The notes under the pieces are model-generated. The model had not been told where the DNA came from, ran no database searches, and worked only from the letters and a program-made list of their open reading frames with translations. The position numbers and the translations under genes are program-made. Shown piece after piece: positions 1 to 8,883 of a stretch of 15,947 bases of DNA. Origin of the DNA: Myxococcales bacterium (lineage in GTDB: Bacteria; Myxococcota_A; UBA9042; JABWCM01; BTVJ01); assembly GCA_045863395.1 (NCBI GenBank), contig BTVJ01000129.1:1-15947 (forward strand), in the 5' to 3' direction. The stretch's first letter is position 1, and each line of letters begins with the position of its first letter.

Positions 1-2
1 TC

Positions 3-647
3 GAGGCGGGCAGCGGTCACGGCAACATCACCGACTACCTGCTGGGCGGCGGCGCGACCGTGGTGGCGACGGACCTGGAGCAGTCGGCCCTGGAGCGCCT
101 GCGGGCCAACTACAGTGCGTACGACAATGTGTCAGTGGCCCGGTGGGACATGACGCGCCCCCTGCGGGTGCCCGCCGGCGGGGAGCCCGTGGACACGGTG
201 GTCTGCCTCAACGTGCTCGAGCACATCGAGGACGAGCAGGGCGCGCTGCTCAGCGCGCGGCGCCTGCTGGAGGGGACCGGCGGGCGCCTCGTGCTGCTCG
301 TGCCTGCCCATGACGCGCTGTTCTCGCCGCTCGACGAGAGCGTCGGCCACGTGCGGCGCTACAGCAAGCGCTCTCTCCTCGACGCCCTGGATGCCGCCGG
401 CTTCGAGGTGGACCACGTGCAGTGGTTCAACCTGCTCGGCATGCTGGGCTGGTGGTTGAACGGCAAGGTGCTGGGTCGGGACCGCCTGCCGAGCGGCCAG
501 CTCGGGCTGTACGAGGCCGTGTCTGGGGTGTGGCTCCAGGTGGAGAAGCGCATCGACCTGCCGGTGGGGCTCTCGCTCATCGCCATCGCCCGGCCGCGGG
601 CAAGCGCGACCCCGGCGCTGTCCGTGGTGCAGGACGGCGCGCCGTGA
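3..647 (+). CDS. Class I SAM-dependent methyltransferase (5' end outside the window; possibly the C-terminal domain of a glycosyltransferase-methyltransferase fusion)
   Basis: The frame is open from base 3 and reads EAGSGHGNITDYLL (motif I, ExGxGxG), then VVATD, DTVVCLNVLEHIED, GGRLVLLVPA and GHVRRYS. Stop TGA at 645-647. Confidence 0.88.
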   Translation, partial: EAGSGHGNITDYLLGGGATVVATDLEQSALERLRANYSAYDNVSVARWDMTRPLRVPAGGEPVDTVVCLNVLEHIEDEQGALLSARRLLEGTGGRLVLLVPAHDALFSPLDESVGHVRRYSKRSLLDALDAAGFEVDHVQWFNLLGMLGWWLNGKVLGRDRLPSGQLGLYEAVSGVWLQVEKRIDLPVGLSLIAIARPRASATPALSVVQDGAP

Positions 648-2749
648 GGAGCGCGCTCGGGGCCCTCGTCCTGCTGTGGACGGGCGTGGCCCACGCCTTC
701 AGCGTGTCGCTCTCTCAAGGAAACGTCATCCGCTGGAAGAAGCCGGCGGTCACCTACGCCCTCCACCCGGCGGGGTCCGCTGACATCAGCGACGGCTCCG
801 ACCTGCAGGCGGTGCGGGCGGCCTTCAAGCAGTGGCAGGACGTCACCTGCACGACCATCAGCTTCACCGAGAAGCCCGGCAGCACCAACCTCGCGCTGAC
901 GGCCCTCGGTTATGGCACCAACGGCGTCAACGAGGTCGCGTGGGTGGAGACCTCCGCCTGGGTGTACGGGTCCTACGTGCTCGGGGTGACGTCGCCCGTG
1001 TTCTACACGGACGGGTCGATCATCGAGGCGGACATCGCCCTCAACGGATACCAGCAGAAGTGGTCCACCAAGGGGGGCGGGGCGGACGTGGCCAGCACGG
1101 TGCTCCACGAGCAGGGGCACTTCATCGGGCTCCAGCACGTGCTGTACGGGTTCAGCGCGCAGGATCCGCCGACCATGGCGCCGACGGTGGACCCGGGGGG
1201 CAAGACGGCGACCCTCCACGCGGACGACAAGGCGGGGGTCTGCTACCTCTACCCGAAGACCGCCGGCTGTGCCACGGACGCGGACTGCCCCTACGTGGTC
1301 GATGACGGCCCTCAGGGGGAGGTCTACGCCGGGAAGATGAAGTGCAGCGGAGGGCTCTGCGGAGGGATGAGCAACCAGCTCCCCGAGGGGACGCAGGGAC
1401 TCGGGGAGTCGTGCTCCTCCGAGTACGACTGCAAGGACGACGGGGCCTTCTGCCAGATCCAGGGGGCGAGCGGGGGGACGTGCGCCGTGGAGTGTGCGAG
1501 CCCGGCAGCAAACGACTGCCCGGCGGGTCTGGAGTGTATTGGCTGGTCCAACGCCCCGGGGGGCGTGTGCCTGCCGAAGTCCGGCGGTGGGGCGACCAAG
1601 GCAGACGGGGCGCCGTGCTCCTACGGCAACGAGTGCCAGTCGCTGCTGTGCGTGGGCGACGGGCTGACGGGCACCTGCCGGAAGAAGTGCGCGCCCGGCA
1701 ACGACGCGGCCTGCGGAGCGGGCATGGTGTGCGCCAAGCTCCAGGGGCAGTCCTATGGGGCCTGCGTGGAGGGCGACGGGCCGGCGCTGAAGGGCGCGGG
1801 CGAGCCCTGCGACGGCGGCCAGGAGTGTGCAAGCGGGCTCTGCGTGGGGCTGACGTCCGTGGCGTATGCGTGCGCGGACGCCTGCGTCGGCGGCGCCTGT
1901 ACCGAGGGCTTCGGCTGCGTGGACCTGGTGGGCGGGGGCGGAGCGTGCCTGCCGGTCGGTGAGCTTGGAGAGCTCGGCGCCACCTGCGAATACAACACGG
2001 ACTGCAAGAGCGACGTCTGCATCAAGGTGACGGGACCGCAAGCGCCGCCCGACCCGTTCTGCACCCAGGAGTGCGGCGAGTGCCCGTGCGGCATGGAGTG
2101 CGTCGAGTTCGTGGGCGGTGAGTCCTTCTGCCGCCCCGCGAAGAAGGTCGGCTGCGTGGCGACCGGGCTGCCCTGCGCGGCGGACGGCGAGTGCGTGGGC
2201 GGGGTGTGCGACGGGGGGCTGTGCGCCCAGGCGTGCTCCGTGATGGCTCCGGCGTGCCCGGCCGGCGAGGCGTGCCGCCCGCTCGCGGGGACGGCGGGCG
2301 TGTGCGACCGGCCCGGGGGCGGGGCGCCCGGGGGGGCGTGCACCGACAACGACGACTGCTCCACGCTCTTCTGCGGACAGCTCGAAGGGACCGGCGTGTG
2401 CCTCGTGCCTTGCGACCCGGCTCAACCCCTGTGCGGCGACGCCTTCGTGTGCGAGCCCGCCGGCGCGCTCGGTGGGTGCGTCGCGGCGCCCGAGGTGGTG
2501 GACGCGGGAGGCTCCGATGACGTGGGGCAGGGTGACACGACCGGCGACGTGACGACCTCAGTGGATGCCTCGACGGGTGCGGACGCGCCCGGGCCCTCTG
2601 GCGGCGGCGGCCCGGGCGGCGCGCCGGGCGGCGGCTCGGGCGCGGGCTCCGGGTGCAGAGCGTCCCCCACCGGCGGGGCAGGCGCCCTCGTGTGGGCGCT
2701 CCTCCTGCTGCTCGCCTGGCGGTCTCGCTTGCCGAAACTCCGCGGTTGA
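644..2749 (+). CDS. Secreted/surface-anchored matrixin-like (metzincin) zinc metalloprotease with Cys-rich repeats and a MYXO-CTERM-like tail, 701 aa
   Basis: GTG at 644 overlaps the upstream stop (GTGA). Signal peptide MRSALGALVLLWTGVAHA|F. IIEADIALN, then zinc motif HEQGHFIGLQH (1106-1138) and Met-turn PPTMAP. About six Cys-rich modules, a Gly/Thr/Asp linker, then GSGC, a hydrophobic helix and a basic tail. Confidence 0.9.
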   Translation: MRSALGALVLLWTGVAHAFSVSLSQGNVIRWKKPAVTYALHPAGSADISDGSDLQAVRAAFKQWQDVTCTTISFTEKPGSTNLALTALGYGTNGVNEVAWVETSAWVYGSYVLGVTSPVFYTDGSIIEADIALNGYQQKWSTKGGGADVASTVLHEQGHFIGLQHVLYGFSAQDPPTMAPTVDPGGKTATLHADDKAGVCYLYPKTAGCATDADCPYVVDDGPQGEVYAGKMKCSGGLCGGMSNQLPEGTQGLGESCSSEYDCKDDGAFCQIQGASGGTCAVECASPAANDCPAGLECIGWSNAPGGVCLPKSGGGATKADGAPCSYGNECQSLLCVGDGLTGTCRKKCAPGNDAACGAGMVCAKLQGQSYGACVEGDGPALKGAGEPCDGGQECASGLCVGLTSVAYACADACVGGACTEGFGCVDLVGGGGACLPVGELGELGATCEYNTDCKSDVCIKVTGPQAPPDPFCTQECGECPCGMECVEFVGGESFCRPAKKVGCVATGLPCAADGECVGGVCDGGLCAQACSVMAPACPAGEACRPLAGTAGVCDRPGGGAPGGACTDNDDCSTLFCGQLEGTGVCLVPCDPAQPLCGDAFVCEPAGALGGCVAAPEVVDAGGSDDVGQGDTTGDVTTSVDASTGADAPGPSGGGGPGGAPGGGSGAGSGCRASPTGGAGALVWALLLLLAWRSRLPKLRG
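1397..2480 (+). repeat. Six degenerate protein-level Cys-rich repeats (G-x2-C-x5-C...C core) within the metalloprotease
   Basis: GLGESCSSEYDC..FC, DGAPCSYGNECQSLLC, AGEPCDGGQECASGLC, LGATCEYNTDCKSDVC, TGLPCAADGECVGGVC and PGGACTDNDDCSTLFC, each followed by a further Cys-rich block. Boundaries are approximate. Confidence 0.8.
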
Positions 2750-2820
2750 CGCGGCCTCGCTCCGGGTCCTATCCTCGCCCCCGACCAGCGCCGCGCAAGG
2801 CCACAACCCGGGAGCCGCCC

Positions 2821-3636
2821 ATGAGTGACATCGCGTATCAGGCCGTGGACTACCGCCTCAATGAGCTGAACCACGAGTACGGACCCGGCGTACACATCGT
2901 GTCGGACCCCTTCGCGCTCACCCGGCTGGCGCGCCTGTGCTCGCCGGAGACCATCCAGCCCGAGGTCGGGCGCCTGGTGCGGGAGCTCTACGAGGACCTC
3001 ATCAAGACGGTGGTCAACGCCGAGTTCCCCCGGAAGCTCGGGCGGGTGCCGAGCCGCATGATCCAGTACACGAACCGCGGGTACTATGAGGGAGTGCTGG
3101 TGGACCCCGACACGGAGGTCACGACCGTCGACATCGCGCGCGCCGGCATGATCCCGTCGCAGACCTGCTTCGACGCGCTGTGCGGGCTCCTGAGCCCCGG
3201 GCATGTGCGCCAGGATCACCTGATCATGAGCCGCATCACCGACGCGGGCGACAAGGTGACCGGCGCGGGCATCGGCGGCGCCAAGCTCGCCGGCCCCATC
3301 GACGGGCGGATCGTCTTGTTCCCCGACCCCATGGGCGCGACGGGCAGCTCGCTCTCGACGGCCATCCGCTTCTACAAGGAGCAGGTGGAGGGCACGCCGC
3401 GGAAGCTGATCGCCATCAACCTGATCGTGACGCCCGAGTTCATCCAGTGCCTCGGCGCGGACCACCCGGACGTCGTCCTCTACGCCTACCGGCTGGACCG
3501 GGGCCTGTCGTCGGAGGCCGTGCTCCGCACCGTCCCGGGGACGCGGGTCGGCGAGGAGCGGGGGCTGACGGACACGCAGTACATCGTGCCGGGCGGCGGC
3601 GGCTTCGGCGAGATCCTCAACAACGCCCTCGTGTAG
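2821..3636 (+). CDS. upp: Uracil phosphoribosyltransferase-family protein (divergent), 271 aa
   Basis: GGAG RBS before ATG 2821. IARAGM (cf. ILRAG), PRPP-binding loop [14 protein letters not shown] (cf. DPMLATGGS) and C-terminal [11 protein letters not shown] (cf. YIVPGLGDAGD). Adjacent to hpt. Confidence 0.8.
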   Translation: MSDIAYQAVDYRLNELNHEYGPGVHIVSDPFALTRLARLCSPETIQPEVGRLVRELYEDLIKTVVNAEFPRKLGRVPSRMIQYTNRGYYEGVLVDPDTEVTTVDIARAGMIPSQTCFDALCGLLSPGHVRQDHLIMSRITDAGDKVTGAGIGGAKLAGPIDGRIVLFPDPMGATGSSLSTAIRFYKEQVEGTPRKLIAINLIVTPEFIQCLGADHPDVVLYAYRLDRGLSSEAVLRTVPGTRVGEERGLTDTQYIVPGGGGFGEILNNALV

Positions 3637-3655
3637 GGCCACGGGAGAGCGGGCA

Positions 3656-4192
3656 ATGCCACCGATGATCAAGGACAAGCACCTCCACGTACTGATCAGC
3701 GAGGAGCAGATCCGGGCGCGGGTCAAAGAGCTCGGCGAGCAGATCACCCGCGAGTACCAGGGGCAGGAGCTGGTGGCCGTGTGCGTGCTGAAGGGGTCCT
3801 TCCCGTTCTTCGCGGACCTGGTGCGGCACATCGACCTGCCCATGGAGTGCGACTTCCTCGGGCTGTCGAGCTACGGCTCGGCGACGCGGACCTCGGGGGT
3901 CGTCAAGATCACCAGCGATCTGACCCGCGCCATCGGCGACAGGCACGTGCTGGTGGTCGAGGACATCGTCGACACGGGCCTGACCATGAACTACCTGCTC
4001 GAGAACCTGTGGACCCGGCGCCCGGCCAGCGTCAAGGTGTGCTCCCTGCTCTACAAGCCCGCCAACACGGTCGTCGACGTGCAGATCGACTACCTGGGCT
4101 TCACCATCGAGGACCGCTTCGTCATCGGCTACGGCCTCGACCTGGACCAGCGCTACCGCAACCTGCCCTACATCGGATACCTCGAGGCGTGA
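3656..4192 (+). CDS. hpt: Hypoxanthine phosphoribosyltransferase
   Basis: [30 protein letters not shown] and [18 protein letters not shown] are all canonical HPRT motifs. The start could be ATG 3656 or ATG 3665. Confidence 0.96.
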   Translation: MPPMIKDKHLHVLISEEQIRARVKELGEQITREYQGQELVAVCVLKGSFPFFADLVRHIDLPMECDFLGLSSYGSATRTSGVVKITSDLTRAIGDRHVLVVEDIVDTGLTMNYLLENLWTRRPASVKVCSLLYKPANTVVDVQIDYLGFTIEDRFVIGYGLDLDQRYRNLPYIGYLEA

Positions 4193-4881
4193 TCACGCTG
4201 CGGTGGCACGGGCACGCCGCGTTCACCGTGACGGCGGGCGCCCTGAGGGTGCTCGTCGACCCCTACAGGCCAGGCGCGCTCGGGGGTCGCTTCCGGCTCC
4301 CCCCCATCGAGGAGCCAGCAGACCTGGTGCTGATCACCCACTGGCACGAGGACCACTCGTGGGTGGGGGGGGCACAGCGCGGTGCCCTCGTCGCCGACAC
4401 CACCGGAGAGTGGCTCGGCGTGCCGGTGACCGCCGTGGCCGCGTTCCACGACCGGGAGGGAGGGGCCCGCATGGGCCTCACCCGGATGCTGGCGTTCTCG
4501 CTCGGGGGGCTCCGCGTCGCACACCTCGGGGACATCGGCGTGCCGCCTACCGACGCGCAGTGGGAGGCGCTCGGTCCGGTGGACGTGCTGCTCGTACCCG
4601 CCGGCGGGACCTGGACCATCGACCCCGCCGAGGCCGTCGCCGTCGCCGTCCGGTCTGGCGCCTCGTGGGTCGTCCCCATGCACGTGGCGAACCCGTCCAT
4701 CGATCTGGCGCTGGCGCCGGTGGAGGACTTCATCGCGGCATGGGAGGGGGCGGTCCAGCGCATCGGTGGAGACACCGTGACGTTGTCCGAGCCGCCTGCA
4801 TCGCCCGTCGCCGTGCTGCTGGCTTGCGGAGCGGGCGCGAACTTGGATACAACGGACCCACCACCGGAGAGGACACCATGA
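4189..4881 (+). CDS. MBL-fold metallo-hydrolase (UPF0173/Lactamase_B_3-like)
   Basis: GTG at 4189 overlaps the hpt stop (GTGA). [21 protein letters not shown] (HxHxDH), [20 protein letters not shown] and VVPMH. Confidence 0.9.
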   Translation: MITLRWHGHAAFTVTAGALRVLVDPYRPGALGGRFRLPPIEEPADLVLITHWHEDHSWVGGAQRGALVADTTGEWLGVPVTAVAAFHDREGGARMGLTRMLAFSLGGLRVAHLGDIGVPPTDAQWEALGPVDVLLVPAGGTWTIDPAEAVAVAVRSGASWVVPMHVANPSIDLALAPVEDFIAAWEGAVQRIGGDTVTLSEPPASPVAVLLACGAGANLDTTDPPPERTP

Positions 4882-5345
4882 GACACTTCCGAACATGGGC
4901 AAGGATCGCGGTCCTCGTGCTCCTGACCGCCCTGCTGGCCACCGCGGGTTGTCGCAAGATCAAGACGATGACCGGCATCGGGGAGACCATCGAGTCCCCG
5001 ACCCCGGGCACCCCCGAGGCCACGGTGCAGAAGGTGCTGGAGGCGGGCCTGGAGTCCCAGGAGCTGGCGGGGTGGGAGAAGTTCCAGCCGTTGCTCCACT
5101 CCTCGCAGCAGACGCCCCAGTCGCTCAAGAACTGGCGCCAGTTCAACTTCGTGAACCTGCGCAAGAAGGTCGGCTTCTACGTGAAGGACCAGGCCAAGAT
5201 GTCCTTCACCATCATGGACGAGGCGGAAGGGGAAGATCAGACGGTGACGCTCTTCCTGGAGAACACGGCCTCGGACATGCCCACCCCATGCACCCTGCAG
5301 AAGGACAAGGACGGGTCCTGGCGCATCACGAAGTGCTCTCTGTGA
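4878..5345 (+). CDS. Hypothetical lipoprotein, 155 aa (possibly NTF2-like fold)
   Basis: GAGGA RBS and ATGA overlap. Basic N-terminus, hydrophobic core and lipobox ATAG|C. TPEATVQKVL...GSWRITK pattern; strongly GC3-biased codons. Confidence 0.82.
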   Translation: MRHFRTWARIAVLVLLTALLATAGCRKIKTMTGIGETIESPTPGTPEATVQKVLEAGLESQELAGWEKFQPLLHSSQQTPQSLKNWRQFNFVNLRKKVGFYVKDQAKMSFTIMDEAEGEDQTVTLFLENTASDMPTPCTLQKDKDGSWRITKCSL

Positions 5346-7707
5346 GCGGGACGAGCGTGACGCCGGACGGGTCCGCGGTGAGCTGAGCGGTCGCTCCCTC
5401 CCGCAGCCCCCCCCGCAGGATCGCCTCCGCCACGGCGGCCTCCACCAGGCGCTGCACCGTGTGGCGCATGGGCCGGGCCCCGTAGCGGGCATCCCACCCG
5501 CCGTGGTCGATCAGATAGGAGACAACCGACTCGTCCGCCTCGTAGCGGATGCGCTTCTCCCGCTCCAGGCGGCGCGACGAGTCTGCGAGCAGGAGTCGCG
5601 TGATGGCGACCACGTCGGCGCGGGTCAGCGGCTGAAACACGAGCTTCTCGTCGATGCGGTTCCAGAGCTCCGGCGGGAGCGCCCGCGCGGCCGCGCCCAG
5701 GGCCGCGTCGCCCCGTGTGGGGGAGGCGCTGCCGAAGCCGATAGGGCGCGACGCGGCGTCAATGGCGTCCGCGCCCAGGTTGGACGTCATGATCACGACG
5801 GCGTTGGAGAAGTCGACCCGCTTGCCGCGCCCGTCGGTGAGCCGCCCCTCGTCGAGCACCTGGAGCAGCAGGTTCCACACGTCGGCGTGGGCCTTCTCGA
5901 TCTCGTCGAGCAGCAGGATCTGGTAGGGGCGCTTGTGCAGCGCCTCGGTGAGCTGCCCGCCGGCGTCGTGGCCCACATAGCCGGGCGGTGAGCCGATGAG
6001 CTTGGCGACGGCGTGGGACTCCGAGAACTCGCTCATGTCGAAGCGCGCGATGGCGTCGCGGCTCTGGAAGAGGAACTCCGCCAGAGCGCGCACCGTCTCG
6101 GTCTTGCCGACCCCGGTCGGCCCGAGGAACAGGAAGGAGCCGATGGGCCGCGACGAGCTGAACCCCGCGTAGTTCCTGTGGATGACCCTGGCGATGCGCT
6201 CCAGGACCGCCACGTGGCCGACGATGCGCTGGCGCAGGAAGGACTCCATGGCGAGGAGGCGCTCGCCGTCACGCAGCATGAGCTTCTCGACGGGCACGTC
6301 GGTCAGGGAGGACACGACCTGGGCGATGTCCAGCTCCGTGACCTCCGCGCGGCCGGACCGTCGCACGCGGGCACCTGCCAGATCCAAGACGTTGACGGCC
6401 TTGTCGGGCAGGCACCGGTCGGTGATGTAGCGGGCGCTGAGGCGCACGGTGGCTGCCAGAGCGTCGGGGTGGTAGGTGACCGCGTGGTGGTCCTCGTAGC
6501 GCGGGACCAGGCCGTCGATGATGCGCCGCGCCTCGTCCTGGCTCGGCTCGGGCACGATCACGGGCTGGAACCGGCGCTCCAGGGCCGGGTCTCCCTCGAT
6601 GTGCTTCTTGTACTCGCGCATGGTCGTGGCACCGATGCACGGGAACTCGCCGCGGGCCAGGGCGCTCTTCAGGTCGTTGGATGCGTCGAGGGGGCCGTCG
6701 CCCGCGCCCGCGCCGATGATCGTGTGGATCTCGTCGATGAAGATCACGACGCGGTCCTTGCCGCGGCGGACCTCCTCTTTGATGGCGCCGAGCTTCTCGG
6801 CGAAGGAGCCGCGGAGCGAGGTGCCGGCCAGCAGCGAGGCCGTGTTCAACTCAACGATCACCCGGCCGCTCAGGGCGCCCCCTGCCCCGTCGCGGGCCAC
6901 CAGGGCCTGAGCGAGGCCCTCTACGATGGCGGTCTTCCCGACGCCCGGGTCCCCGACCAGGCAGGCGTTGTTGGCGCGGCGCTTGTGCAGGATGTCCAGG
7001 ATCTGATTGAGCTGCTCGGCGCGGCCCACCAGCGGGTCGATGCGCCCCTCCTCCGCCTCGATGGACAGGTTGCGCCCGAGCTGCGTGAGCATGGGGAACT
7101 GCTCGGGGTCCAAGGCGTAGCGGGAGGCGGGCGCCGGCTCGGGTTCCGCGGCCTGCTCGTCGGCGTCGTCCTGGGGCAGGAGGAGACGGTCCGGGTCCAC
7201 GGGCGCGACCAGCATGCGCTCCAGCGCCGACGGGTCGGGCACCTGGGGCACGGGCCCCGTGGCGCGGACGCCCAGGGGTCGCGGCCCCCACGCATCGCGC
7301 TGCGGGGCGGACAGGCGCGCGAGGGCGGCCGTCCGGATCATCGCGGGGTCCACGCCCGCCTTCTGGATCATGCGGTAGGCGATGGTCCCTGAGATGCGGC
7401 ACAGCGAGATGAGCAGGTGCATGGAGCTGCAGAGGGAGGCTCCGGCGCCGTCGGCGATCTGCTGCATCTTCATGCGGAGGCGCGCGAAGGTGTCCGTCGC
7501 CTCCTGGGGGCCCTTGAGCTGCCTGAGGGCGTCGGAGAGCACGTCCTCGTCGAGGCCGCGGTCGGCGAGCACCTGGTGGGCCTTGTTCGGCACCGTGTAG
7601 AGGGCGAGGAGCAGCCACCCGGAGTGCAGCGGCTTGCGGATGGACATGGCCATGTCCTCCGCCTCGCTGAAGATGCGCTTGACCTCGAGGCTGACCGGGA
7701 TCGTCAT
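5326..7707 (-). CDS. ATP-dependent Clp protease ATP-binding subunit (ClpA/ClpC family, no middle domain), 793 aa
   Basis: Clp N-domain from MTIPVSLEVKRIF. D1: GDPGVGKT, VIFIDEIH, CIGATT, DPALERRFQ. D2: FLGPTGVGKT, GSPPGYVG, LLDEIEKAH, GARPMR. ClpP-binding IGF loop at 5734-5742. Start placed at ATG 7707 rather than the ORF-track 7947. Confidence 0.95.
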   Translation of the reverse strand: MTIPVSLEVKRIFSEAEDMAMSIRKPLHSGWLLLALYTVPNKAHQVLADRGLDEDVLSDALRQLKGPQEATDTFARLRMKMQQIADGAGASLCSSMHLLISLCRISGTIAYRMIQKAGVDPAMIRTAALARLSAPQRDAWGPRPLGVRATGPVPQVPDPSALERMLVAPVDPDRLLLPQDDADEQAAEPEPAPASRYALDPEQFPMLTQLGRNLSIEAEEGRIDPLVGRAEQLNQILDILHKRRANNACLVGDPGVGKTAIVEGLAQALVARDGAGGALSGRVIVELNTASLLAGTSLRGSFAEKLGAIKEEVRRGKDRVVIFIDEIHTIIGAGAGDGPLDASNDLKSALARGEFPCIGATTMREYKKHIEGDPALERRFQPVIVPEPSQDEARRIIDGLVPRYEDHHAVTYHPDALAATVRLSARYITDRCLPDKAVNVLDLAGARVRRSGRAEVTELDIAQVVSSLTDVPVEKLMLRDGERLLAMESFLRQRIVGHVAVLERIARVIHRNYAGFSSSRPIGSFLFLGPTGVGKTETVRALAEFLFQSRDAIARFDMSEFSESHAVAKLIGSPPGYVGHDAGGQLTEALHKRPYQILLLDEIEKAHADVWNLLLQVLDEGRLTDGRGKRVDFSNAVVIMTSNLGADAIDAASRPIGFGSASPTRGDAALGAAARALPPELWNRIDEKLVFQPLTRADVVAITRLLLADSSRRLEREKRIRYEADESVVSYLIDHGGWDARYGARPMRHTVQRLVEAAVAEAILRGGLREGATAQLTADPSGVTLVPLTESTS

Positions 7708-7818
7708 TCCGGAGGGGGCTCCCGTTGGGGTTGCGGACTGCCGGACGGCCCGGTGTACCACACGGGCGCGCGGGCACGCAACGCGTGGGACCGCGGTCGT
7801 TGAAACGCAAACGCAACC

Positions 7819-7847
7819 TTGGCGCTCGTGCGGCGTGGCCGTATACT
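7819..7847 (+). promoter_or_regulatory. Putative sigma70-type promoter of the HAD-ddl operon
   Basis: TTGGCG (7819-7824), a 17-nt spacer and TATACT (7842-7847) in otherwise very GC-rich DNA. ATG follows 8 nt later. Confidence 0.6.
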
Positions 7848-7855
7848 GCGCCGCC

Positions 7856-8458
7856 ATGACCGCCCCGCGCGCCGTGCTGTTCGACCTGGGCAACGTGCTG
7901 TGCACGGTGGACGTGGGGCGTCTGCCAGCCGCCTGGGAGGCGGCCACTGGGGCTCCCTATGCAGCGCTGGCGGAGGCCCTCTTCACCTCAGGGCTGAAGC
8001 ACGCCATGGACCGGGGCCAGGTCGGGGCGGCAGAGGTCGCCGCCCGGGTGAGCCAGGTTGCAGGGGTCTCACTCGATATGGAGTCGTTTGCAGCGATCTG
8101 GGGGGCCGTGCTGCTCCCCTGGCCCGCAGCCAACGCCCTGGCGCTCCGGGTGACCGTCCCGGCGGGGCTGCTCTCGAACACGGACCCCATGCACCACGCC
8201 TACGCCCGCTCGCTGTGCCCTGCCCTCGCTGCCCTGCGACCACACGTGGTGTCCTACGCCGTCGGGGCGCTGAAGCCGGAGCCGGCCATCTATGACGCCG
8301 CCGTGGAGGCAATGGGGATGGCCGCCGGGGAGATCCTGTTCCTCGACGACCTGGAGGCGAACGTGGTGGCAGCTCGTGCGGTGGGGCTCCGGGCGGAGGT
8401 CGTGCGGGACCTCGGAGACCTGGAGCGGGCCCTCACCCCGGTCCTGGGGCCGCCATGA
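7856..8458 (+). CDS. HAD-superfamily phosphatase (YihX-like), 200 aa
   Basis: Motif I VLFDLGNVL, motif II LLSNT, motif III KPEPAIY, motif IV LFLDDLEANV. Confidence 0.92.
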   Translation: MTAPRAVLFDLGNVLCTVDVGRLPAAWEAATGAPYAALAEALFTSGLKHAMDRGQVGAAEVAARVSQVAGVSLDMESFAAIWGAVLLPWPAANALALRVTVPAGLLSNTDPMHHAYARSLCPALAALRPHVVSYAVGALKPEPAIYDAAVEAMGMAAGEILFLDDLEANVVAARAVGLRAEVVRDLGDLERALTPVLGPP

Positions 8459-8883
8459 GCGCCATGCCCCGCTGGCGGAAGGCCCTGGCGCTGGGGGTGC
8501 TGGTGGGCGCCATCGTCCTGGCGATCAACGAGCTGCAGAAGGGCCAGGGCCACGAGGTGGAGCTGGTCCTCGCCCTGACGGACGTCGACTGGAGCCGCAC
8601 CGACGAGGCGGGGCGGCGCGAGCTGATGACGCGCGAGAAGCTGTCGCGCCTCGGCGTCCTGCTGACCACCGACGACGGCGAGGTGATGCTGCGCAGCAGC
8701 TTCGACTTCGGGCGCGGGGAGCCGCCCTTCGCGACCACCACGGGGGCGGTGAGCGTGCCGGCGGGGAGCTACCGGTTGAAGGCCACGCTGCACTTCCGCG
8801 CCGACGACGGCACGGAGGCAGTGCAGACGCGGGTCCAGGTCCTGGTCGTCGAGGGCGACGGCCGCATCGACGTGAGGCTGTGA
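8455..8883 (+). CDS. Hypothetical membrane-anchored protein, 142 aa
   Basis: ATGA overlap with the HAD gene and TGATG overlap with ddl. N-terminal TM helix (ALALGVLVGAIVLAI) followed by a beta-rich domain; GC3-biased codons. Confidence 0.8.
   Translation: MSAMPRWRKALALGVLVGAIVLAINELQKGQGHEVELVLALTDVDWSRTDEAGRRELMTREKLSRLGVLLTTDDGEVMLRSSFDFGRGEPPFATTTGAVSVPAGSYRLKATLHFRADDGTEAVQTRVQVLVVEGDGRIDVRL

Noticed and set aside
359..2425. 688-aa - strand ORF and many other long alternative-frame ORFs (e.g. 2422-3843, 4263-5492, 6013-7392, 8525-9538, 14244-15359)
   Set aside because: They are shadows of real genes in very GC-rich DNA: Arg/Ala/Pro/Gly-rich, with no motifs, overlapping well-supported CDSs.
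5326..7707. ClpV (T6SS) or ClpB assignment
   Set aside because: The IGF ClpP-docking loop is present, the ClpB coiled-coil is absent, and there are no T6SS genes nearby.
7800..7818. TTGAAA plus tandem AACGCA repeats as a heat-shock (sigma32/CIRCE/CtsR) element for clp
   Set aside because: It is on the wrong strand for clp, there is no CCCCAT -10, and no CIRCE inverted repeat is present.
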